Below are positions 1 through 9,030 of a stretch of DNA of 19,829 nt, one piece after another. Within the stretch, counting starts at the first letter, position 1. The number at the start of each line of letters is the position of its first letter. The notes beneath the pieces are model-generated. The model was given only the letters and a program-made list of their open reading frames with translations. It ran no database searches and was not told the origin of the DNA. The position numbers and the translations under genes were made by a program. This stretch comes from Octopus sinensis. Its lineage: Eukaryota. The stretch is taken from assembly GCF_006345805.1 (NCBI RefSeq), contig NW_021824294.1:1-19829 (forward strand), given 5' to 3'.

Positions 1-4
1 ACAT

Positions 5-102
5 GGACATATGGCGTAGTGGTTAAGAGTGCGGGCTACTAACCCCAAGATTCCGAATTTGATTCCAGGCAGTGACCTAAATAATAATAATAATAATAAT
101 AA
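5..102 (+). mobile_element. Very short tRNA-derived SINE (tRNA-like head plus (AAT)n tail)
   Basis: A-box-like TGGCGTAGTGG at 12-22, anticodon-like arm GCGGG-CTACTAA-CCCC at 31-46, degenerate B-box GAATTTGATTCC at 55-66, then (AAT)n at 79-102. There is no pairing acceptor stem. Confidence 0.7.
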
Positions 103-285
103 CTCTTTCACATGACTTTATTTCATTTTGAAAATGAACAATCTGGTGTGTTTAGTTTAATGGCCTACCAATGATCATAGTGACTTTCTTTGCCCTAGGT
201 ATTGGGAAGACACTCAGCAAGAAATGGAAACAAAATTGAAAAGAGAAGAAAAAGTCATAATAGTGATAACAACAACGTTTTCTGT

Positions 286-480
286 TTTAGGTACAAGGCC
301 TGAAATTTTGGGGCCAGGAATTTAGTCAATTACATCAACCCTAGCGTTCACCTGGTTCTTATTTCATCAATCCCAAAAGAAAGAAAAGCAAAGCTGACCC
401 CAGAGGAATTTGAACTCGGAACATAAAGAACCAAAAGAAGTACTGCTTAAGAATTTTATCCAGGTGTGCTGAACAATTTT
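286..480 (-). mobile_element. Degenerate copy of SINE family B (related to 3744-3968 and 13084-14422)
   Basis: Decayed matches to family motifs: AGTCAATTACATCAACC (cf. AGTCGATTACATCGACC) and GCAAAGCTGACCCCAGAGGAATTTGAACTC (cf. GCAAAGTCGACCTCGGCGGAATTTGAACTC). Boundaries are approximate. Confidence 0.65.
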
Positions 481-610
481 CACCTCCAAATATTTCTCCA
501 GGTGATCTGATACCCATTCCTTGTAATACCTGGGTGAAATCAATGTCATCAGGTTTAACAAAATAGTCTCCTCAAGACCAACAGCAGATCTGAACAGACA
601 CCTTCTGACA

Positions 611-1660
611 ATCATCATCATCATTTAACGTCTGTTTTCCATGGTGACAGCATGGGTTGGACAGTTTGACAGGGGTTAGCAAGACCAGGGGCTGCACCAG
701 GTGCCAATCATCTGTTTTGGTATGGTATCTAAGCTAGATGTCCTTCCTCATGGCACTGGATGCTTTTTATGTGACACCAGCACAGGTGTTCTTTACATGG
801 CACCAGCACAGGTGTTTTTTATGTGGCACCAGCACAGGTGTTCTTTACGTGGCACCAGCACAGGTGTTCTTTATGTAGCACCAGCACTGGTTTTTTTTTG
901 TGTGGCACCAGCACAGGTGTTCTTTTTATGGCACCAGCACAGGTGTTCTTTACATGGCACCAGCACAGGTGCTTTTTATGTGACACTAGCACAGGTGTTC
1001 TTTATGTGACACCAGCACAGGTGCTTTTTTTGTGTGGAACCAGCACAGGTGTTCTTTTTATGGCACCAGCACAGGTGTTCTTTACATGGCACCAGCACAG
1101 GTGCTTTTTATGTGACACTAGCTCAGGTGTTCTTTATGTGACACCAGCACAGGTGCTTTTTTTGTGTGGAACCAGCACAGGTGTTCTTTTTATGGCACCA
1201 GCACAGGTGTTCTTTACATGGCACCAGCACAGGTGCTTTTTATGTGACACTAGCACAGGTGTTCTTTATGTGACACCAGCACAGGTGCTTTTTATGTGGC
1301 ACCAGCACAGGTGCTTTTTATGTGGCACCAGCACAGGTGTTCTTCACGTGGCACCAGCACAGGTGTTCTTCACGTGACACCAGCACAGGTGTTCTTCACG
1401 TGACACCAGCACAGGAGCTTTTTATGTGACACCAGCACAGGTGTTTTTCATGTCACACCAGCACAGGTGTTCTTTACATGGCACCAGCACAGGTGCTTTT
1501 TATGTGGAACCAGCACAGGTGCTTTTTATGTGGAACCAGCACAGGTGCTTTTTTTTGTGTGGCACCAGCACAGGTGTTTTTTATGTAGCACCAGCACAGG
1601 TGTTATTATGTGGCACCAGCACAGGTGCTTTTTATGTGGCACCAGCACAGGTGTTCTTTT
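611..1660 (-). mobile_element. RTE LINE 3'-end fragment with a 26-bp minisatellite 3'UTR
   Basis: (CAT)n tail at 611-624, then TTTAACGTC...CATGGGTTGGACAG...GGCTGCACCAGG...GATGTCCTTCCT, homologous to the reverse complement of 9030-9204, then the array. Confidence 0.75.
760..1660. repeat. 26-bp minisatellite (~34 units) with a 132-bp five-monomer higher-order repeat
   Basis: Unit ~GGTGCTTTTTATGTGGCACCAGCACA. Monomers start at 932, 958, 984, 1010, 1038 and 1064. An identical block recurs at 928, 1060 and 1192. Confidence 0.95.
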
Positions 1661-1944
1661 TATTCTGCAAGACAAAGACCTCTCTACTGAGAGAGGGAAT
1701 TGGGACAAGTGGCTGCGAACGAGGTTAGAAGTCAGAATATAGTAGAAAGACAGAGATAGTTGTCTTACAATAGAGGAGATACTTGGCTGTATCTCCAGGT
1801 GAGAAAGCCGAGATAAAATTAGAGAAGGACAGAGAGACAGTGAGAGTGAGAGTGAGAAAAAAAGATGGTCCAGTAATCCGTTCCCTCGGTCATCCTAGTT
1901 CCACCTTATAATATAATCTAAAATAGTTAAAAGACACAAACAAT

Positions 1945-2592
1945 ATCATCATCATCATCATCATCATCATCGGTTAACGTCCGCTTTCCATGCTAGCATG
2001 GGTTGGATGGTTCGACCAGGGTCTGAGAAGCCAGAAGGCTGCACCAGGCCCAGTCTGATCTGGCAGTGTTTCTACAGCTGGATGCCCTTCCTAACGCCAA
2101 CCACTCCGAGAGTGTAGTGGGTGCTTTTTATGTGCCACCTGCACAGGTGCCAGGGGAGGCTGGCAACGGCCACGATCGGTTAGTGCTTTTTATGTACCAC
2201 CAGCATGGAAACCCGTCAAGGTGGTTCTGGCATCGACCATGTACGGATGGTGCTTTTTATGTGCCACTGGCACAGGTGCCAGGGGAGGCTGGCAACGGCC
2301 ACGATCGGTTAGTGCTTTTTATGTGCCACCAGCACGGAAACCAGTCAAGGTGGTTCTGGCATCGACCATGTACGGATGGTGCTTTTTACGTGCCACTGGC
2401 ACAGGTGCCAGGGGAGGCTGGCAACGGCCACGATCGGTTGGTGCTGTTTACATGCCACCAGCACGGAAACCAGTCAAGGTGGTTCTGGCATCGACCATGT
2501 ACGGATGGTGCTTTTTACGTGCCACTGGCACAGGTGCCAGGGGAGGCTGACAATGTCCACAATCGGTTGGTGGTTTTTACGTGCCACCGACA
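1945..2592 (-). mobile_element. RTE LINE 3'-end fragment with a 129-bp tandem repeat
   Basis: (CAT)n at 1945-1971. The segment 1972-2150 closely matches the reverse complement of 9010-9180 (CCATGCTAGCATGG, GCTGGATGCCCTTCCTAACGCCAACCACTCCGAGAGTGTAGTGGGTG). Repeat starts at 2121, 2250, 2379 and 2508. Confidence 0.9.
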
Positions 2593-2778
2593 CGATAGTA
2601 TTTAAACATGACCTTGCCTCAGTATAAAGCCTAAGTAACCTTTTGCAATACCTGATAGTAAGACAGAAGCACTTATATCCACTTGTCCGCAATAGTGGAC
2701 GGGGAACAGATTGTTGATAATGATAATACGATGGCGTTTCGGTTGAGAGGAAGTCGTTAGCACTTTATCTTCTGTGTA

Positions 2779-3584
2779 ATGGTGGTGGTGGTGGTGGTGG
2801 TGATGGTGGTGGGGTGGTGGTGGTGGTGGTGGTGGTGGTGGTGGTGATGGTGGTGGTGGTGGTGATGGTAGTGATGGTGGTGATGGTGGTGATGGTGGTG
2901 GTGGTGATGGTGGTGGTGGTGGTGGTGGTGATGGTGGTGGTGGTGGTGGTGAGTGGTGGTGGTGGGGTGACGGTGGTGATGGTGGTGGTGGTGGTGACGG
3001 TGGTGGTGACGGTGGTGGTGGTGGCAGTGGTGGTGGTGGTGGTGATGGTGATATGGTGGTGGTGGTGGTGATGGTGGTGGTGGTGGTGGTGATGGTGATA
3101 TGGTGGTGATGATGGTGGTGGTGGTGGTGTGGTGATGTGGTGGTGGTGGTGGTGGTGGTGATGGTGGTGGTGGTGGTGGTGATGGTGATATAGTGGTGGT
3201 GGTGGTGGTGGTGATGGTGGTGGTGGTGGTGGTGGTGGTGATGGTGATATGGTGGTGGTGGTGGTGGTGATGGTGGTGGTGGTGGTGGTGATGGTGGTGG
3301 TGTATGTGGTGGTGGTGGTGGTGGTGGTGGTGGTGTGATGGTAGTGATGGTGGTGGTGGTGGTGATGATGTGATGGTGGTGGTGGTGGTGGTGGTTGTGG
3401 TGATGGTGGTGGTGGTGGTGATGATGGTGTGGTGGTGGTGTGTGTGATGGTAGTGATGGTGGTGGTGGTGGTGATGATGGTGATGGTGGTGGTGGTGATG
3501 GTGGTTGTGGTGATGGTGGTGGTGGTGGTGATGATGGTGATGGTGGTGGTGGTGATGGTGGTGGTGGTGATGGAGGAGGTGGTA
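2779..3584. repeat. (GGT)n/(GGTGAT)n microsatellite
   Basis: About 800 bp of near-pure GGT with GAT/GAC interruptions, read directly. Confidence 0.98.
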
Positions 3585-3743
3585 GCATGTGTGTGTGCGC
3601 ATACACGTTGCATGCATGCGTATATGTGTGTGTGTGTGTGGCTATGCATGCATCTGTATCAGGGGATTCTTGTCACATAAGCTATCTTTTATTAACTGCT
3701 GTGAGTATGAGGTTTATACCGACATACATACATACATACATAC

Positions 3744-3968
3744 ATTTCTTTACTGCCCACAAGGGGCTAAACGGGGACAAACAAGGACATACAAAGGGAT
3801 TAAGTCGATTACATCGACCCCAGTGCGTAACTGGTACTTTATTTTTCGACCTCGAAAGGATGAAATGCAAAGTCGACCTCGGCGGAATTTGAACTCACAA
3901 CGTAACGGCAGACGAAATACGGCTACACATTTCGCCCGGCCTGCTAACGTTTCTGCCAGCTCGCTGCC
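3744..3968 (-). mobile_element. tRNA-derived SINE family B, full length
   Basis: Reverse complement of the head plus first unit of 13084-13318: GGCAGCGAGCTGGCAGAAACGTTAG (A-box-like), GAGTTCAAATTCC (B-box), GTCGATGTAATCGAC hairpin. Confidence 0.9.
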
Positions 3969-4024
3969 ATATATATACACACACACACACATTATACATA
4001 CACAGATTCATGTACATATACATA

Positions 4025-4122
4025 TATGAGGTGGTGTCAAAAAATTCCTGGACTAGTTCTGTAGCATGCCAACAGATGGCAGCACAGAGTTGCATGCACA
4101 GTGAGAGTTAGCAGTGACCTTC
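4025..4122. mobile_element. Terminal fragment of a mariner-type element
   Basis: TA-TGAGGTGGTGTCAAAAAATTCC resembles the terminus of the mariner at 15559 (TGAGGTAGAGTCAAAAAGTATCC). The inner boundary is approximate. Confidence 0.5.
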
Positions 4123-4124
4123 AT

Positions 4125-5212
4125 ATTGTGCCTTCAGTTCATCTTTGGTGTCACAAGGAGTTTTGTTGGTCTCTCACTCAATTGTGCCCCACAAATAATA
4201 ATCAAGGGGTTTGAGGTCTGGGGAGTAAGGTGACCAGATGTTAGGAGTGATGTGGTTGCACAAATTGTCTGATAGCAATGACTTGGTTCTCCTGCTTGTG
4301 TAGCATGGTGCAGAGTCCTGTTGCCAGACATAGGCTCTTCCAGTAGCTGCCCTCTTGACCCAGGGCAGCACTACCTCTTCCAGGCACTTGATGTAGGTCT
4401 CTGTGTTGAGTCTGAGGCTGTGTGGGAAGATGAGTGGAGGCATAACGTCGCCATCACTCGTGATCACTCCAAATACCATGATGTTGACTGGATGCTTGAT
4501 TTTTATCACTCTCAGTACATGTTTTGGGGACACAGCATGCCAACGGTTTCTTTCAGTTTCCATCTACCAAATCCACTCACAAAGCCTTGCTCAGCCTGAG
4601 GTTATAGTAGAAGACACTTGCCCAAGGTGCCATGCAGTGGGACTGAACCCATGACATATATGAATTTTTGTTGTCTGAGAAAAACCAAAGCATGTTTGGT
4701 TGGAAGGGACGCTTGGGTTTGTTCAAAAGCTTTGTAGAAGTCTTTCCTCTTGTCCTTGATGGTTTGGGATAAAAACTGGCCCTTTCTCATTTTGTATGCG
4801 GAATATCGAATGTCTTCATGCATTACCTGCCTGATAAAAAAAACTCAGACACTCCCAGGTCCCCTGGTAATGTACCTGATTGACTTGGAGGGATTGTTGT
4901 CAATCATGGCCCAGACCTCACCAACAAATTCAGGAGTTATTTTCTTATCAAAATGATCAGAGTGAGTTTTCCGAGCTGCTGTACCTTCGTAATCACCATT
5001 AGACTCATCCAACTCCTTCCGAATCCTCTGCATGTCCTTAGGTTGACACCCAAATACTCAGAAATGTTTGTATTGGAGCTTCGGGCATGAATGCCAAGCA
5101 GTAGAGGGTGCCCAGTTGACCCTACTATCCTGTGTAGTTGACAAAATCAAAAACAAGCAATGTGCATGCAGGAAATAAAAAAACATGAAATGGTGACAAT
5201 TTACCCATCACA
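4125..5212 (-). mobile_element. Tc1/mariner-superfamily DD37D (maT-type) transposon relic with a fragmented transposase
   Basis: Minus-strand frames give QRIRKELD...MIDNNPSKSIR, HEDIRYSAYKMRKGQFL, WFFSD (D at 4673-4675), WQQDSAP (D at 4315-4317) and SPDLKPLDYYLWG (D at 4201-4203). Exactly 37 residues separate D2 and D3. Frameshifts, stops and a SINE insert are present. Confidence 0.88.
4548..4661 (-). mobile_element. 114-bp SINE family A fragment inserted in the transposase, identical to 9727-9840
   Basis: Base-for-base match read by eye at offset 5179. Confidence 0.9.
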
Positions 5213-5239
5213 TATGTGGTGTGTGTGGTGTGTGTGTAT

Positions 5240-5462
5240 CTTTTATCTTTTACTTGTTTCAGTCATTAGACTGCGGCCATGCTGGGGCACGACCTTGAAG
5301 GGTTTTATTTGAACAAAATGACCCCAGTGCTTTTTCCTTCTGAAAGCCTTTGTTCTATCAGTCTCTTTTGCCGAACTGTTAAGTTACGGGGATGTAAACA
5401 CACCAACACCAGGTGTCAAGCGACAGTGGGGAGATAAACACAGATACAGAGATACACACACA
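5240..5462 (-). mobile_element. SINE family A, 3' half (5' half at 9718-9840)
   Basis: TTTTACTTGTTTCAGTCATTAGACTGCGGCCATGCTG...CTCTTTTGCCGAAC...AAACACACCAACACC...GTCAAGC matches the first half of 18167-18585 and ends in the central CA/TA microsatellite. Confidence 0.8.
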
Positions 5463-5499
5463 TGTATATATGTATATATAAGTATATATATATATATGT

Positions 5500-7463
5500 T
5501 CTGCTAGGTTCCTCACAGGCAAAGGACAGAGGTACAAGATTTTCTGGGCTGGGAATGAAGGAAAAATTTGCCAATGTCCTGCGTCGTGAGGATGAAAGAC
5601 TTGAGGGGTATTTCGTGTTGCAAGACAGTGTGTGAGAGAGAATCGTGACGTGGTAGGGAGAAAATGTGTTTCGCAAGGAGGACGGTTCACTTGCACTTAA
5701 TGAGGTGCAAAGAGAGAGATTGGAGACGCCACTATGTATGTTGCTGAATGAAGAAAATGAATGGGATAAAGAGAGTCTGCCGAATGTCGACCCAACAGAG
5801 GGACCAGCAATCCGAGTTAACAGTTCCTTAGTAGATAAGGCAATTAGAAGCATGAAAACAGGGAAAGCCCCAGGCCCATCAGGAATTACTGCAGAGATGC
5901 TCAAAATATCTGGTGGTGTCGGCTATAGCTTAGTCACCCGTATAGTTAACCAGGTGATACACGAGGGGGTCATACCCAATGACTGGTGTAGCAGCATAAT
6001 AGTCAACTGCTACAAAGGTAAAGGCGATGCCCTAGAGACAAATACAAAGGGGCATCAAGCTGCTGGATCAGGTATGAAGGTTACGGAGAGGGTTGTAGCC
6101 CAACTAATTAGAGAGAGAGTTACCTTAGATGATATGCAGTTTGGGTTCGTGCCAGGGAAAAGTACTACTGATGCTATATTCCTGGTAAGACAGCTGCAGG
6201 AGAAATACCTAGCCAAAGATAAGCCCTTGTACCTGGCTTTTGTTGACTTGGAGAAAGCCTTTGACAGGGTCCCCCGGTCCCTTATCTGGTGGTCAATGAG
6301 GAAACTAGGGATAGAAGAATGGTTGGTGAGAGCTGTGCAAGCCATGTACAGAGACGCTGCTAGTAAGGTGAGGGTGGGCAACGAGTACAGTGAAGAATTC
6401 CGGGTAGAGGTTGGGGTCCACCAAGTTTCAGTCCTCAGTCCCCTCCTATTTATCATAGTCCTCCAGGCAATAACGGAGGAATTCAAGACAGGTTGCCCCT
6501 GGGAGCTCCTCTATGCTGATGACCTTGCTCTAATTGCTGAGTCACTATCAGAACTGGAGGAGAAGTTCCAGGTGTGGAAACAAGGATTAGAATCGAAGGG
6601 CCTTAGAATCAACCTAGCCAAAACCAAAGTTCTAATAAGTAGGAAGGTAGATCAATCACAAACGCCTTCAGGTAGATGGCCCTGCTCGATCTGTAAAAAA
6701 GGTGTAGGTAGAAACTCTATAAGATGCACCAAGTGTAAGCTATGGACACATAAGAGGTGCAGCAATGTCAAAGGAAGGCTAACTAGGAAAATAGTTTTTG
6801 TCTGTGGCAAATGCTCAGGAGCAATAAACACTGGAAATATGCAGAGACCAACTTCTGCCACGTTCCAGGGAGACAAACTAGAAGTAGTTGATAGCTTCCG
6901 CTACCTAGGAGACCAAGTCAGTAGCGGGGGTGGGTGTGCTGAAAGTGTAACTGCTAGAGTAAGAATAGCCTGGGCAAAGTTTAGAGAGCTCTTACCCCTG
7001 CTGGTGACAAAAGGCCTCTCGCTCAGAGTAAAAGGCAGACTGTATGATGCATGTGTACGTACAGCCATGCTACATGGCAGTGAAACATGGGCCGTGACTG
7101 CTGAGGATATGCGTAAGCTCGCAAGAAATGAAGCCAGTATGCTCCGATGGATGTGTAATGTCAGTGTTCATAATCGTCAGAGTGTAAGTTCCTTGAGAAA
7201 AGCTGAACCTAAGAAGCGTCAGTTGTGGCGTGCAAGAGAGACGGCTGCGCTGGTATGGTCATGTGACAAGAAAGGCTGAAGATAGTTGTGTGCAAAAGTG
7301 CTACACCCTAGCAGTGGAGGGAACCTGTGGAAGAGGTAGACCCAGGAAAACCTGGGACGAGGTGGTGAAGCACGACCTTCGAACTTTAGGTCTCACTAAG
7401 GAAATGTCTAGAGACCGAGACCTATGGAAGTATGCTGTGCATGAGAAGACCCGGCAAGACTAG
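5500..7463 (+). pseudogene. Disrupted RTE ORF (endonuclease remnant, reverse transcriptase, internal PHD-type zinc finger)
   Basis: SARFLTGKGQRYKIFWAGN (5500-5556), KAPGPSG, QFGFVPGKSTTDAIF, FVDLEKAFDRV, GVHQVSVLSPLLF (G>V at 6425), YADD (6512-6523), GLRINLAKTK, FRYLG (6896-6910), AMLHGSETW. Frameshifts near 5605, 5660, 6045/6073 and 7198. Confidence 0.93.
6677..6814 (+). other. C4HC3 PHD-type zinc finger coding segment within the RT
   Basis: WPCSIC-x10-CTKC-KLWT-H-KR-C-x14-CGKC, i.e. C-x2-C-x10-C-x2-C-x4-H-x2-C-x14-C-x2-C. Confidence 0.8.
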
Positions 7464-9030
7464 TCAGGCCATAACCCGTGGCCCCGACCTGGGACGTAGT
7501 CAGTCCTGTGCATACCTTCCTTCTTGTGACACTTATGAAGACCTGTTGAGGCAAGTGAAAATCAAATCAAATCAAAACAAATCAAAATAGATGAACATCA
7601 GTGGAATTGTATTCTTTGTGGTACCAGTGCCGGTGGCACACAAGAAAACCACCAAACGTGGCCGTAACCAGTACCGCATCGACTGGCCTCCGTGCTGTGG
7701 GCACAACAAACACCATCCGATCGTGGCCGTTCGCCAGCCTCATCTGGCACCTGTGCCGGTGGCACATAAAGACACCATCCGAAGACCCGGCGACGTAGTC
7801 AGTCCACCTGTGCATACCTCCCTCTTATGACACTGTGAAGACCTGTTGAGGCAAGTGTGTGACACTTGTGAAGACCTGTTGAGGCAGAGGCAAGTGTGTG
7901 ACACTTGTGGAGACCTGTTGAGCAAGTGTGTGACCCTTGTGAAGACCTGTTGAGGCAAGTGAAAATCAAACCAAATCAAAATAGATGAATATCAATGGAA
8001 TTTGTATCTTTGTGGTTCCAGTACCGGTGGCACACAAGAAAACCATCCGAACGTGGCCGTAGCTGGTACCGCATCGACTGGCCTCCGTGCTGTGGGCACA
8101 ACAAACACCATCTGATCGTGGCCGTTCGCCAGCCTCACCTGGCACCTGTGTCGGTGGCACATAAAAACACCATCCAAAGACCCGGCGACGTAGTCAGTCC
8201 ACCTGTGCATACCTTCCTCTTATGACACTTGTGAAGACCTGTTGAGGCAGAGGCAAGTGTGTGACACTTTGTGAAGACCTGTTGAGGCAGAGGCAAGTGT
8301 GTGACACTTGTGGAGACCTGTTGAGGCAAGTGTGTGACACGCGTGACACTTGTGAAGACCTGTTGAGGCAAGTGAAAATCAAACCAAATCAAAATAGATG
8401 AACATCAATGGAATTTGTATCTTTGTGGTTCCAGTACCGGTGGCACACAAGAAAACCATCCGATCGTGGCCGTTCGCCAGCCACATCTGGCACCTGTGTC
8501 GGTGGCACATAAAGACACCATCCGAAGACCCGGCGACGTAGACAGTCCACCTGTGCATACCTTCCTTCTTGTGACACTTGTGAAGACCTGTTGAGGCAAG
8601 TGAAAATCAAATCAAATCAAATCAAAACAAATCAAAATAGATGAACATAAATGGAATTTGTATCTTTGTGGTACCAGTGCCGGTGGCACACAGAAAAATC
8701 ATCCGAACGTGGCCGTAGCCAGTACCGCATAGACTGGCCTCCGTGCTTTGGGGACGTAACAAACACCATCCGATCGTGGCCGTCCGCCAGCCTCATCTGG
8801 CACCTGTGTCGGTGGCACATAAAAACACCATCCGAGCGTGGCCGTCTGCCAGCCTCGTCTGGCACCTGCCAGCCGCATCTGGCACCTGTGTCGGTGGCAC
8901 ATAAAAACACCATCCGAGCGTGGCCGTCTGCCAGCCTCGTCTGGCACCTGTGTCGGTGGCACATAAAAACCCATCCGAGCGTGGCCGTTCGCCAGCCTCG
9001 TCTGGCACCTGTGTCGGTGGCACATAAAAT
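7445..9030 (+). repeat. Nested tandem repeats in the RTE 3'UTR
   Basis: GACGTAGTCAGTCC-type anchors at 7493, 7792, 8187 and 8535 (spacings 299, 395, 348 bp). Internal ~31-38 bp subrepeat TGACACTTGTGAAGACCTGTTGAGGCAAGTG in variable copy number. ~62-bp units at ~8770-9030. Confidence 0.92.

Noticed and set aside
5-80. Functional tRNA-Ser(ACT)
   Set aside because: The acceptor and T stems do not pair, the B-box is degenerate, and an (AAT)n tail follows, so it is SINE-like.
502-552. Possible 51-nt plus-strand exon (TTTCTCCAG|...AG|GTTTAA)
   Set aside because: The donor is weak, the peptide is unrecognisable, and no supporting exons were found. Such matches are expected by chance.
760-1660. CRISPR-like array (also 10935-11437, 2121-2592 and 13135-14422)
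   Set aside because: The units are head-to-tail with no unique spacers, there are no cas genes, and the context is eukaryotic retroelements.
701-1742. Repetitive Cys/His-rich ORFs such as WHQHRC repeats
   Set aside because: They are translations of a 26-bp (non-triplet) minisatellite cycling through all three frames. The ORFs at 2066-2627, 7582-9163 and 10936-11440 are similar artefacts.
2602-3649. Long Pro/His/Thr-rich ORFs (334, 286 and 294 aa)
   Set aside because: These are stop-free frames of a (GGT)n microsatellite. The same applies to the ORFs at 9995-10543, 11699-12430 and 18877-19781.
4025-5212. Single composite transposon bounded by 4025 and 5212
   Set aside because: The two ends are not inverted repeats of each other and appear to come from different families.
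5666-7279. Intact 537-aa reverse transcriptase gene
   Set aside because: It lacks the endonuclease and a true start, and has compensating frameshifts, a QG>QV change and a C-terminal frameshift.
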